Of a stretch of 64,000 nucleotides of DNA, positions 51,030 through 63,574 are shown piece by piece (positions within the stretch are counted from its first letter, which is position 1; the number at the start of each line of letters is the position of its first letter). Location: contig NMRA01000076.1 of assembly GCA_002633005.1 (NCBI GenBank), positions 442,800-506,799 on the forward strand, read 5' to 3'. The notes under the pieces were generated by a model that saw only the letters and a program-made list of their open reading frames with translations, was not told where the DNA came from and did not search any database. Source of the DNA: Phoronis australis (lineage: Eukaryota > Animalia > Phoronida). Both the position numbers and the translations under genes were made by a program.

Positions 51030-52003
51030 ATGTTGCGTTACCTTTAAAGACATTATCAATATTCACTGTGGTATGCATGTCTAATTGATATTGATATTTT
51101 CTGTTGTCTGTCTGAACAATTTAGTGTAAGATCATTGGCTGGCGCCATTTTTCAGGAACAAAGTGTGCTTTGTTCTCAATTCAAAATTCATAGTGGTAAC
51201 TTAGACATCAAAAACACCATTTTCGGAATTTAGCCTATTTAGTAATACTAAAGAGCAAATTTGTTCTTAGTTGTTTTAATAACTTTTCCTATTTGGGATA
51301 AGATGTGTGACGGCATTTTTAACATCTCTGTTGTGATCTCGGTAATGGTCGGATATAACGTGCCCGAATTTTGAGAACCAGTTTTCTCCACTGAATAACA
51401 GGCATCAAACTGGTTCTCAAAACATCGAAATGTTATATCCTACTATTACCTTGATCTCTGTGTAGGACTGCTCCTAACAATGAAATATCGTTTCAGGATT
51501 CTTTTTTGTTAGGTCCTTAAAAACTACTAGATGTGATTGACAGTACTTTAATGGTAACACTATCCGTCAATGACAGTAGAATGAATATATAGAATTGCAG
51601 TCTGATCTCTTGATTGTGAACAAGATCTAGGTTATGATTAGAGATCACATTACTTGCATTTGTAATTATTTGGTGTTATTTAAAGCTCAATATTAGGTCA
51701 CGGCACTGTCTTTGTCAATTTTGTTATTTTGTGAACTTCTGTTTTTGAGGAAAATTGCTTTTTTGCACTTTGGAAGACAAATTTTGTGAAAAAAGGATCA
51801 AATGTCACACCAAATGTGCATTATTTAAGTACAATTTAAGGTTTTTAAAAAAAAACATGTTCATTGTTATCTCGGAAAACCTGTATTTTGTTGGGATAGG
51901 AATTTTTAGCCATTTTAATATGCCAAGTGACAAAAACAAACAAATATTTTTTTCCCGGTGTTTCTAGTTCATATTGCTTCTGTGTTTCTACTAAGCAGAA
52001 AGA
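51030..52003. repeat. Duplicate of ~49473-50934 after the gap at 50935-51029
   Basis: Collinear match; the first copy has ~490 extra bp (~50371-50862). Confidence 0.9.
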
Positions 52004-52891
52004 CTAGAAAGTCACTGTTTCTTAGACTGAATCAAGCCAGTCTCTGTGTCTATATTGTATTACAACTAAACAGTAGGTTCTATATGGCCTCAGGTGAATA
52101 GAAACATGAAAGTGTTGTGGTTTGGGTTTGCACTTACAACAAAAGAATCTAATTGGGCCATCAATACCTGCAGTGTCACCATTTCATATGACCTGTGTGT
52201 GGATAGGTATCTGAGGAAGGCCTTGTACCCTATTTGTTGCCTTGTAAAACACAAGCCTCAATGCACAAGGATTTGTATTTGTCTGAGGTAAGCTACATAA
52301 CAGAGTTGGCTAGAGTTGGGATAGGACTATTTGTTGTCACCTGATGTTATGTAGTGTTGATATGTTATGGGACAGAAACAGTAACTGTTGAAAGTACTGT
52401 TTCTGTCCGGATTGACTTTCAGTGACTGCCTGTTTATTTACTCTGTAGTATAGTGTATTGCTCTTATTTTCTACACAATATGGCCGACAAGTGAGATTCC
52501 ATTTTTGTCAAATTTCTCCACAAAAACAAAGATTAAGATAATTTTAGAGTGTAAGTGGTATGGTTTGTACTGCATAGATGTAATAAAACAATTTTTGGTA
52601 AATTTTAAATCATTTGCAGTAAGGCAATCAGACTTTCAAAAAACCAAAAATGACAATTTCGGCAGTTACTCTTGTGCCAAATAAGTGGAGAAGTGCTGTT
52701 GCAAGTGGTCATATTTGTCCATGTCAAGAAATATGGCTGAATGTTTTCATTCTGTGTGTATGTAGAGCTCAAGTTAAAAACAATTTGTTTAAGGTTAAAT
52801 GTTTAAATTAGCCATTTTCCAACAAGCATAACTTAGTTTGTATTTGTCAAGAAATGTCAGGGCATGTGAATAATGTGAGCTATTTTATACT

Positions 52892-53024
52892 TGTTAGGTC
52901 TACATATACATGTTAGGTCTACATATACATGTTAGGTTTACATATACATGTTAGGTCTACATATACATGTTAGGTCTACATATACATGTTAGGTCTACAT
53001 ATACATGTTAGGTCCACGTATACT
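52892..53024. repeat. 19-bp minisatellite (TGTTAGGTCTACATATACA)x7
   Basis: Directly visible tandem units. Confidence 0.93.
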
Positions 53025-53467
53025 TGCCAAACCACAGGTTTTCATCACAGTGTTAGAACGTGAAGAAGTCAGCTGTGAAAACATATTCCTCTACTGAGCT
53101 GTTGTCCAAAAAGAAGGACTAGTATTTTTTGACAATTTTGTGAACTGCCAAATCTTTTTTCAGACTCTGTTGATACAAAACTCAGTGTCTGAAATTTGAG
53201 AAATATGATCAATGCCAAATTCGCCCATGTCCCAATCTTCAGAATCATGAATATTCAATTTTTGCTGAATTTCATGCTCTAAATTGAAGAATTTTTACCC
53301 CCACATGCTGTAGATCACAAACAATTATGTCTGGTGTGCACGCCACCTGTTGGCCACATGTTTGTGATCTATAATTTTTCTACAATGGTTCAGGATTTAC
53401 ATATACATATGTATGCAATGTACATATGTACTCACATGATATAATTATGTTATTGTCATTGTTGCAG

Positions 53468-53595
53468 ACGAGATGGCGTCACTAGACTGTCCAGTAAAAT
53501 GTTCACATGGTAAACGCTGCGAGTCTGCTGACAATGGAATTTTTGAAGAAGAGGATGCACGAGTGAGAATGGCCAGACGTCTGCACACTGAACTG
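53468..53595 (+). CDS. Penultimate coding exon of the unnamed gene ((D)EMASLDCPVKC...RMARRLHTEL); possible start ATG at 53473
   Basis: TTGCAG acceptor, CTG|GTATG donor, in frame with the exon at 54682; GAGATGG Kozak context. Confidence 0.75.
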
Positions 53596-54051
53596 GTATG
53601 TTAGTCACGACAACCTGATAAATAGTTAAATAGTTAAGATTTGTGTTCATGAAATAGGTTATTGGCTCACAATTTTTACTCAGTTGTTGTCAGAGTGCAA
53701 CTGAATGATTTTAAAGCTCTTGTGACAATAAACAACCAGTTATCTCCCTCTACTGTCAGATAGCTGAATGTTACAAAGAAGGTTAATGACGGCATGTTAA
53801 TTTGGGAAATTAATGATGAAGTAATTAATTAGTTTGTTTAAAATTGTCTAAAACACTGCCTTTGTGATTGTGTAGCTGCTAGTTGCGTTAAAAAATTAGT
53901 CATTAATTAATTAATTAATTTAATCATTTATCTATTTTTTAAACTACTTTAAAAGACTGTGTCACCAGGCAATGAATCTACTGATTAACAACAGAGCTCA
54001 GTCGAAAATATTAACATAAGGATAAAATACAAAGTAAATATGTACACTAAG

Positions 54052-54205
54052 CAGAGGCGGATCCAGGATTTTTAGTTAGGGTATTAGCCTGGATTTTGCC
54101 TGTCAGACATTCACATCCCCAAACAGCCAAATGGAATCTGGGAAATGACTGGAATTTTAGGGGGGGGGCTATGGTTCCCTTGGCCTCCCTCTAAATCTGT
54201 CACTG
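54052..54205. mobile_element. MITE of the same family as 4306-4467, 5-bp TSD CTAAG
   Basis: CAGAGGCGGATCCAGG...AAATCTGTCACTG; TSD at 54047-54051 and 54206-54210. Confidence 0.8.
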
Positions 54206-54681
54206 CTAAGAGTATTAATATAATAAATAAAGTACCATGTACTATTAGATGGCTTCTCTAAACGGGAAAACTATTAAAGCTTCTCAGACCCACCTGCATG
54301 TAAATAAGTTAACTTCAACCACTGAAACTGGGCTGGTCTTGTTCTTTGCTCAGATTAAAGGTGGTTTCTTTTTCACGAAAAAATGGTTTACAGCAGCTTT
54401 ATACAATGAAGCTCATTGGTGAGCTGTTGCTAATGAGGAACTCGAAATTCATCAGATGGCGGTGAAACGTGCATGTATTCAAATGGTCACATAGGACTCT
54501 GTCAACACTCCAATACCGGTTAACAGTGCTTTCTGTTTGCAATCTCTTCAAATATAAATAAAATATAAATAGAGGGCCATCCTGTATTCTTCAGTATAAA
54601 CCTCAGGTGACTATTGAGTCTAACCCCCACTGGACATATTCGTTGTTCAATCCCACCTTTTCATTGCTCATTTTTTTTCAG

Positions 54682-56472
54682 AAAATTGTCGAAGAGGAAG
54701 ATAAAGATCTGTGGTCATTATTTGTGCAAGCTATCCATGTGGTGGAACAGCTTGAAAACAAGATTAATGATTTGTGTCAGCACGATGAACCCAGCGGTGT
54801 CCAGCCACCAACAGATGTCACCCCAGGCAACAGTATAAATCATCCATTGAGGGAGGATTTTATACGCTGGAAAAGATTTCATAGACCAGCTTTACATGAT
54901 GGTGTTGTTTCAGATAAGCCTGTGAATGTGAATGCTATGCTGCATTATAAAAATGTGACTTGTAGAAAATTTCAAGAAGGAAACCAAAACTTGTCACCTG
55001 AAACACGTAATGAGGAAAGGCAGACAGATATTGTGCAAAATTGTACAAATGGGGTCAATGAATCAGAAAACGATTGTGGTTTAAATGGTATGGAAGATAT
55101 TTCTGACAAGCAGGGTGAGGCCGGCCTCCTGCCAAAAGATGGTGCTAGTAGTGCTGTTGTTGAGTGTAGCCAGATTACCATTCCACAGGAAGGTTATGGA
55201 AAGTCTGTAGGAAATGATAAGGATGACAAAGGACTTGTTAAATCAGAAGAACAAGTGCGTCATAACGTGGAGAATTCTCAAAATAAAATCGGTGACAGAT
55301 GCGGAAAATCCCGGTTAACAAATGGGGCTTGGTTGTCGGATAAAGCAACTGCCAAGAAATATGGAAAACTGAGTAAGAATCTCTCTAGATCTGAAGTAGA
55401 CGTAAGAAATTGCTCCAACCTCTCGAGTTCCAGAACAATAGTATCAAAATTACCAACAGTTTCAAAACTGAAAAAGCCAACAATTTCTAACTCAACTGTT
55501 AATTTATCCAGCAACAATATTGATGGAGCAGCTGCAGAGACTACTGCCCACAAAGGTGGCGCTGTTTTATCCAAAGAGGTCACTAGCAGTAAAGAAATGA
55601 ACTCTCATGTAAATGATACAACAGATCAAATTGGCATGTGCTTATCTAAAAACCTCACAAGTAGCAAAAACCTGATAAGTCACACGACAGAAACCAGTAT
55701 TAGAAGCACAGAGGAAGAATCTCATCTAAATTATGATACGGGGCAATCGGACACCAATTCATCTGCTCACAATAATTGTCCTACAAAACAGGGTGGAGAT
55801 CAACCAAATCATGAGCAGTGTGGTGTTGCTACAGAAAAATCTATGAACAATACTGAAGACGAGGCTACTGAGCTTGCATCTGTACCTGTAGGTGGAGATG
55901 CATCAAAATCGCCTTCAAAACTGACAACAGTGTCTAGATTACCCACCCCTAAGTTTGGCAAAACAAAAAGGTTATCGAAATCGGAAATTGACATTTCAAA
56001 GATATCAATGGACAGTAATGCCAAGCCACAGTTGAATCTCAATGCCAGAGAAGGGGAGAAGTCATTGCATTACAATGAAATGTCCAGGTCAACCACTGAT
56101 TTGACACATGAGAAAATGTCTGTGCAAAATAAATCAGTCATGGCGAGTAGTCAAAACAGCAGGTCATGTACAGCAATCAATATGGTGGGAAGAAGAGATA
56201 GTTTGACCGGAAAACCTCGTTCACGTACAGGGTCATTGCTCGGTGCTATTGCGGAAAGGAGCGAATCTCACAGACGACGGCTTAGTGACAATTGTCTACA
56301 GGTGTCAGGATTGAGTCGAATACCTCACATGAGACGACCGAGTGTTCCAATGAGAACACCAGGAGATGAGCTCAGGCAAATCTGTGACATTCAAGAACGC
56401 TATTCAGGAATTCGACCTCCAACAATCACGAATCGAATACAGAAATGGGAAAGACAACTGGGAAATAAATGA
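54682..56472 (+). CDS. Large terminal coding exon of an uncharacterised, mostly disordered Ser/Asn/Lys-rich protein
   Basis: 596 open codons after a TTTTTTTTCAG acceptor, far longer than chance in this AT-rich DNA; ends in TGA; AATAAA motifs ~150-200 nt downstream. Confidence 0.88.
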   Translation, partial: KIVEEEDKDLWSLFVQAIHVVEQLENKINDLCQHDEPSGVQPPTDVTPGNSINHPLREDFIRWKRFHRPALHDGVVSDKPVNVNAMLHYKNVTCRKFQEGNQNLSPETRNEERQTDIVQNCTNGVNESENDCGLNGMEDISDKQGEAGLLPKDGASSAVVECSQITIPQEGYGKSVGNDKDDKGLVKSEEQVRHNVENSQNKIGDRCGKSRLTNGAWLSDKATAKKYGKLSKNLSRSEVDVRNCSNLSSSRTIVSKLPTVSKLKKPTISNSTVNLSSNNIDGAAAETTAHKGGAVLSKEVTSSKEMNSHVNDTTDQIGMCLSKNLTSSKNLISHTTETSIRSTEEESHLNYDTGQSDTNSSAHNNCPTKQGGDQPNHEQCGVATEKSMNNTEDEATELASVPVGGDASKSPSKLTTVSRLPTPKFGKTKRLSKSEIDISKISMDSNAKPQLNLNAREGEKSLHYNEMSRSTTDLTHEKMSVQNKSVMASSQNSRSCTAINMVGRRDSLTGKPRSRTGSLLGAIAERSESHRRRLSDNCLQVSGLSRIPHMRRPSVPMRTPGDELRQICDIQERYSGIRPPTITNRIQKWERQLGNK

Positions 56473-59400
56473 ACTTTTTTCTCTTCTGAGAAATGAGAGT
56501 TGCATTCAATGAAATTTTTTACTCAGTGAAACTGAACTCTTTATTGAAACTTTTTGAATTTTATACTATGTTTATTCTTTGTCAAAAGTATTACCCTTTT
56601 TAAACGTTTTAAGATTGAAATAAAATATGAACAATTAAACAATAAATCATTATTTGATTTCTTGCAAAATAAAAATATATTCAACTGATGCAGGAATAGT
56701 TTTAGGAGTGCTACCTGTGTTGATGGTACACAGAATTTTTCATTGATGCCCTGACATAGCGTACATGTAACTGACATGGGGTCTAGCGTACCTGGCCCAC
56801 AAGAAGGTAAAAATTATTTGGGGTGGAGAGCTCAGACAAATTCATAGTTTGCTCCACTCCCGGTGATCATAATGATCACGTTTGCCAATGTCACACCTCT
56901 GTCATCACCAAGGTTTTGCAATTGGTGATGGAAATAACTGGTGACATGGGGCCCCTGCTTGCTATTGAACACTGCATTGCAAAATCAACAACTTGACCCA
57001 TTTCATTGCAGTATATATGGTGCCACCATATATACTCCTTATCTATAGTTTATAACTGCACCTTGTACTGGAACCACTGACATCACTGATACTCCTTGAC
57101 ACCAAGAAATACAAAATTTGCTAATGGATTTGGTTTGTTGACCAGTACTTTAATCAGGATGAACATGTTCACTGTTATGTATTCAGGGGTAAATAATTGG
57201 TGTTATACATGACAAAAGATTGCATTGAACCCTTGACAATGGAATAGATTCATTTCTGAATTTGGAAACTTGCCATCTGGAGTCTGACACTAAATTAGAG
57301 ATAGGAATGACAGATCTCAACAATTAGTGTCTGGACGATCAGTAGTTGCACATGTAGTGGGGTAAAAGACACAATCACGCGTAGAAAATGTTGCCAAAAT
57401 ATTCGAATCGGAAGAGGGTAGAAAAAAAAACAGCATAACCCATATGACCTCTAAACTGACCCAAAAGCATATTTTGTAAAATGATTCTAGTCGAGTCATC
57501 AATGCAGTAATAAAAATCAATGTTTCATGTTTCTAGCACTGGTGACTGGAATAATTGGGTACTTCATGCACTGTAAAAACTAATTTAGATTGGTTATTCT
57601 TAAAAGCCAAACTGACAGCTAAGAGTCCACTAGCAGATTTGATTCTGCGCAAAACATTTTGTTGTTGCAGTCACGTAATCACCTTTTGAAAAACCAACAA
57701 TTATTTCTACAGACCACTGTGACGAATCACCCCGACACCAATAAATTTATTCACCAAGAGGCTTGACTATTTTGTAACAAATTTATTCAGAGATTTCAAC
57801 ACAATGTACAAATGCTGTAATCTTCGTAGAAATTTAAAAGGCAGCTGTGACTATGAATAAAACTTCAAAATGTAGCCATGAGTTAGTATCCATGAAGGAT
57901 AAGCTATTTAACCACACCATTCTAATGTAAAAATTCTTCAGTTTGGGATGTATATGGAAGACGGGTAAAATTTGATTTTGTCAAATTTCTCAACTAAAAT
58001 AACTTTTCAGGAACACTCGTTTTGCTTTTAGCATTGTTTGTATGGTGGAGCTATTACCAAAGAACATTTGGTAAATGTTTGAGCATTTGCATGAAAGAAA
58101 TATGGCAATTTCAGCGATTATTTTCATCCCAAATTAAAGATTTTGTACCGTATGATAAAGCTGCTGTGTCCCAATTCGATAGTTGGGGTTTTGAAGGCCA
58201 GGGACTCGCTAAAGGCATTAAACATTACAGACAAACACACCATCTTGACCGTGTAATAAAATTTACTCTATTCATCCAGGTTAAAGCCCAACCAAGAGTG
58301 TTTTAAGAAATTTAAAAATTGAGGAATTCAAATATTGAGATGGAACTTATAAGACAAACATGGACTTTTAATACAAAATTTTTGAAAATCTGTGAGCGCC
58401 CAAGAAGCTGCATTTAGGTTAGACTTGCATGCAAGAATAAAATAAAACATAGCAGGGAAGTAAGGGCATTTTCCTGCCCCAGTATTGCAGGGTGCCATTG
58501 AAACTGACAGTTAACTTAAAGGCAGGTGAATGGCGTACGATTTGGGAAGTAAAAATCATGCGAGACTAGCATTCACAAAGACCCAGGCACTTTGAAGGAG
58601 GTTTCAATCATTGTAATGATGGATGAACGTTTAACCACACATGCAAGTCTAAAAATGAAAATCTGAAAATTACACAGGTGGGCATTGAGCAGAATATGGC
58701 CGTTCACCCAGCGAGTACGACCCTCCGTACTCCCATCTGTGATCAATGGCAGGAAAACGTGTTGTAAATTATATGACAAGCAAAATGAACGACATTAACT
58801 GTAACAAAAGATTTTAACAAAACTTTTCTAAGGCACCATCGCATGAGCATAAAAATACTTTCAAACAATTTGTCATCAAGCAAATATCTGAAGTGGTAAT
58901 ATTTATTTGATATTCAGTAAAAATCATTAGGATATTACATAAAGTCGGGTTCATTGAGTAGTTCTGTTGGCAAACACAGCTGCAAACACGACTACTATTG
59001 CAACTCCGTAAAGTAACTTTCATGACATACGCCAGATTATGTAAATCAATTGCACATTGCATGTTGTGCTGTCTGTTTGCAAGTAATACAGTCGGAGGAA
59101 TTCCCAACTGCTTAATATGTGAAGCAAGGCAAACAGTAATTTTAACTACTGATTTTTTAAAACAGAAAAAAACGGAGTTTTAAATGAATTGATGGAACAC
59201 AACTGGCATACAAAGGTTCAGCGTTTATTTTGCTTTCCTGAAATCCTCACCAATGGAAGGCTGCACGTAAACTGAAATTATTAATCACGAATTGAATTCT
59301 CCCTCCTACCTTTGTCAACTAAGAGCAATTGTCTAAATATACCAACATCTATTTTCAAAGATATAATTTAAGGTCCATATTACACACAATAAAACTCGCT

Positions 59401-61374
59401 TAAGTCAGATTTTCGCTTACAACTAGGACAAAGTTCAGCACTACAGTAATGTTGTTCAAGTTCATTAACCAGACCCTTCAGATAGATCAGATTTCACCTT
59501 ACTCTTATGAAATCTTTCGGTTGGATCAGACTTATAATATTTTCACTGTATTTAACAATTGATTTTCCAATGTTCTTAGCAGGACTGATGACTAACGCTG
59601 GACTAATGAACTAGAATACTTGCAGGGAGATCTGAACAAGGATTTGTGACCACAAACATTCAATAGCATTAAATTGTTTTAGCATATTAAGGTATCTGCA
59701 CCACTACCTATTAAGTATATCTCTAACAATCATAAATTAAATAATAGACATCTTACTAATATGCAGAACTGTGTTCATTAACATTGTTTCACAAGATATA
59801 AGTATACAGTACTTTCTACTAATTACTGTCCTCCAGACAAAATAGTGTCACCAACATCATTCTTCATCTTTTTGATATTGCAAACAAGTACCACACATTT
59901 CATAGTGACTGGTGATATGCACATAATATTGGAACACCCTTCATGATACTAAAATTCAATTATTTAGGATTGATGCAAAATAACCAAGAAATAAGGGAAA
60001 AAGAGATGCAAGATACAAAATCCTGAAAAACCATAGCTTCTTACACTATGTACAAATGGCGGATAACGTGTCTGATTCGACATTGGGAAAAAATTGCACA
60101 CGAACATCTGGGGCCCGCTTTTTCAAAGGTAGTATTTCCAGTCGTAACTAAGACAGTCATGCGTGCATTTTTGCGAAGGCGACACTGCATTGTCTGGTAA
60201 TAGCGAAGCATTGCTACTGAAGTAAACATGATCGTCGTTCACATTTATGTTGAAAGCCCACTTTCATAATCCACATGTTTCCAATGAAAATTGAAGACAT
60301 GGCCGTCTTAGATATGACCTGACTTTGTACGACCTTTGATAAACATACCCCGGTTATGCGATGATCAGGTCAGAAGATGCATGACAGATCTAACTATACA
60401 ATTGTTATTAATTAGTAGTTGGGCTGTGGCATGCCCACAAAGAATAAGCTAGAATTTTAACATTTTGCAAGTGACTTCATGCCAAGTGGAGCAATAAACA
60501 CTCTTTCAGTTCCCATTAAATGTGTGAAAGAACAACTTAGTGAACCCTTATAATAAGCGGTTGATCTGCCATCTGACAAAAATTCCCATCGTGCAATACA
60601 GCCATAATTACAAGGTTGGTATCTTTCACTATATACTTGGCAAATGATGAACAACAACTGCTAGATAAATTAACAGCTAATACAATACCGACCAAAAGTG
60701 ATATGTAACACACTCTTCAATTTCCTAAAATGCTGAAAGATACAAAATATTCTATTCTGATTTTGCAACATTTACACTGAATGCTGAGCGTCAGCGCACT
60801 TATTCCACTGCTGTGATACACTGTTGCGCTACACACTATTTTCACTATTTTATATCAATTGAAAATTATTTCAACATTTGCCATTCTAATTCTAAGATAT
60901 GTTTACTGTTGTACAGTGAGTGCCCAGTGCTGACAACACAAAACTTGACAAACTGGGCGAGCCTGGAAAGTAAGAACGGCCTAACTTTTTGAAAATTAGG
61001 TCAATCACATGATGCGTTTTTCTGCAGCTTGCAGCTCTCTGAGAGACAAAGCACTTGTTAAACTAAAGCAACCCTGATATAAATAAACGAATAAATACAA
61101 GTAATGAGAAATAAAGCATCTACTGAGACAGTTGCTAAGTGAGATACGACTGATGTCATGATGACAAATCCTCTGGCTGCTCAGCTAAAATTTGTTCCTG
61201 CTTCTCTTTTTCAATTTCTTCAGAGTTTATAAACAGCAAAGGAAACATACCCAGAATACACCCAACAGTTATACCAAGACTTCGACCCTGTAAATGAAGA
61301 GATGAACAACCGTTGACAGATGACTGTGCAACCTTTTACAGGTCCATCTATGTTGTGTTAGCTGCAGTGAAAAT

Positions 61375-61486
61375 AGGTAACAGTCATTAACAGAGAACCT
61401 CCACTTTTAGAACCAGTTTGATGCCTGTTATTCAGTGGAAAAAACTGGTTCTCAAAATGAGGGACATCTGTAAGTGACTATTACCG
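61375..61486. mobile_element. 112-bp palindromic MITE (core family), reverse orientation
   Basis: GGTAACAGTCA...TGACTATTACC arms with the shared core. Confidence 0.72.
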
Positions 61487-62748
61487 GAACGCAAGTAACA
61501 GAACATGGAATATGGCAATTTAGGGGCATTTTTCTAGAAACCGCATGCCTTCGTACTCTTGGAGAGGGGGGTCAAACAAATGGAAAATGCGGACTAGCAA
61601 AACCAGTCATGACACGTCTACATTGTCGTTATTTAGGGTCAGAAGCTGTTTGCTGAAAATAACGAATGAACAAAACAAAAGGTTCAGTCTATTTCTGCAA
61701 CTTAAATTTACCATTCTTGATTTTATTTTATCATAAATTCAGGATACGTGTATCTGACTTTGTACTTGAACCCTTTATGATTTGAAATATATGAGAACAA
61801 AACACAATAACAATTAATGATCACTACTATCACACTTGAGATTTTCAGTTTGAAATCGAATTTGTGGCTTTTATCCTATAATTGAGTTATTTTCTCATTT
61901 ACATTAATCATTAATGTCCTAGACCACAAATCAAGGAGACAATGTTCTTGAGAACAGTCTAAAATAAAAAAATACCGAAACCACTTTACCATGAATTACT
62001 TACAATGCCTGCTGCGACTCTTGTTGATCTATAGTCGTGTTGAAATGGGGTCATGTGTGGCGCTTTAATACCAAGCTTACTGCCAATGTGTTCTACATAG
62101 CCCGCCGTTCTGCAACATTATACATTACATGAAAACTTACACAATGCATAGATCGACAGCTGAAGTTTATATGTGAAAATGATTTCCAAAATTAAATGAC
62201 ACCACGCTTTTCAGTACATCAGTCATACCACATATTTTCAAGCTCTTAAGTCATACGGGATGTACAGTGCCTGGTACCATAGAAATGAGACTACAGCAAA
62301 AATAACCTTCATTTGTCAATTTTTAGAATCTATAAAAACCATCTTTAGCTTAAATTTTAAGGCCTTAAGTTTTGCAGAGGACTTTTATCAAAAGTGTTGA
62401 AAGCTTTCATTATCGAATGCCATGATGCCAAATTCCACTGTTATGAAAAATCTTTGAGGGCAGTATAAAATACAACAACAAATACATAATGAATCAACAA
62501 CTGCAAAACTTTTTGCGTCTGTGTATCCTGATCTTAGACAACATTGAGTGAGTTTTACAGAATCAACCAAAACATTCTTTGTTCAGCAAATGCTAAAGTC
62601 AGAATTAAATTAGTTAACAATCGAACATTTCATGTCAAAAAACTTCTGATTTTAACTAACCTAGAGTTATAAAATTGGTCTAATCTCATTCCTTGCTCAG
62701 ATTAGAACTAATTTCTACGTTTGAGAAGAATTGACAGCTTAAATGACG

Positions 62749-62831
62749 AATCCGAACACAGCATTCTTGACACACCTTTGCTTCCAAGCCGCCATTTTAC
62801 CTGACAAACAACACATTGTCGGTAAAACTTA
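62749..62831 (+). repeat. Dispersed repeat shared with ~19498-19587
   Basis: GAACACAGCATTCTTGACACACCTT...CCAAGCCGCCATTTTACC.GACAAACAA occurs at both positions. Confidence 0.75.
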
Positions 62832-63527
62832 TTGTTTGTTTGTCAACTTAAGGCATGGGAGCAGAGCTTGCTATAAGTCAATTGTGAGTACGTTATTGCA
62901 TTAAACCTGGCCCATTAGCTTGCCTACAACGGCAGGATTTGTTCCCACTGCCAAAGCAGTATGGCCATAACAGGACTTGTAACCAATTTCAATTCAAAGA
63001 AACAATAAGAATGCCAAGGACAATGCTTCGAAAGAGCAATACACAAGGAAAGAAAGTTGTCGTCGACACCAGAACATGGTTTGCGGTAGCATTGAAGATT
63101 AACATAATTAGAGGCAAACTATTCAACATGGTGCATCGAAAACTGTTTCACACTAGTGTGGAGCGGAATTTTTCTAAATTCCAGCATTAGGCGCTACATC
63201 ACATTTCCCGACTGGCAACTATGAATGCTTCTTATTGGTTGTACCACAGTGCCTGATTTTTTATGACTGGCTCCTTTTGTTCGTGCATTAGGTAACAGAG
63301 ATGGATGTCAGTGACAACTGCTGCCTGCTGGTCGCAATATTTTTCCCCGTCCATTTTACATTGTGAAGTATAAGAACTAAACCACTGCTGACAATTAAAT
63401 TTTTGAATGGCAAAAATCGGTTAACTGCAACGGAAGAAAAGAAGAATAATGCGCATCACAACAGTTGTTCATTGATCCCAACCTCCATTTTGTAACCTGC
63501 CTGAGCAAAACAATGGGGCAAACTGAG

Positions 63528-63574
63528 TCATGTACATCCAGCACTGTGATCATACCGAGTAATACACCCAAAGA
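63528..63574 (-). other. Possible terminal coding exon of a minus-strand gene lying right of the window
   Basis: Good acceptor (ATTTCATTGCAG) followed by short frames ending in TGA (LWVYYSV* or FGCITRYDHSAGCT*); no recognisable homology. Confidence 0.2.

Noticed and set aside
52892-53024. Regular short repeats considered as a CRISPR-like array
   Set aside because: Head-to-tail units without unique spacers, no cas genes, eukaryotic intron.
54614-56042. Overlapping alternative-frame and antisense ORFs within the large exon
   Set aside because: Typical shadow ORFs of a real coding exon.
56500-63500. Short ORFs in the right-hand region
   Set aside because: AT-rich, all under 100 aa, no homology or consistent exon chain; likely UTR or intergenic.
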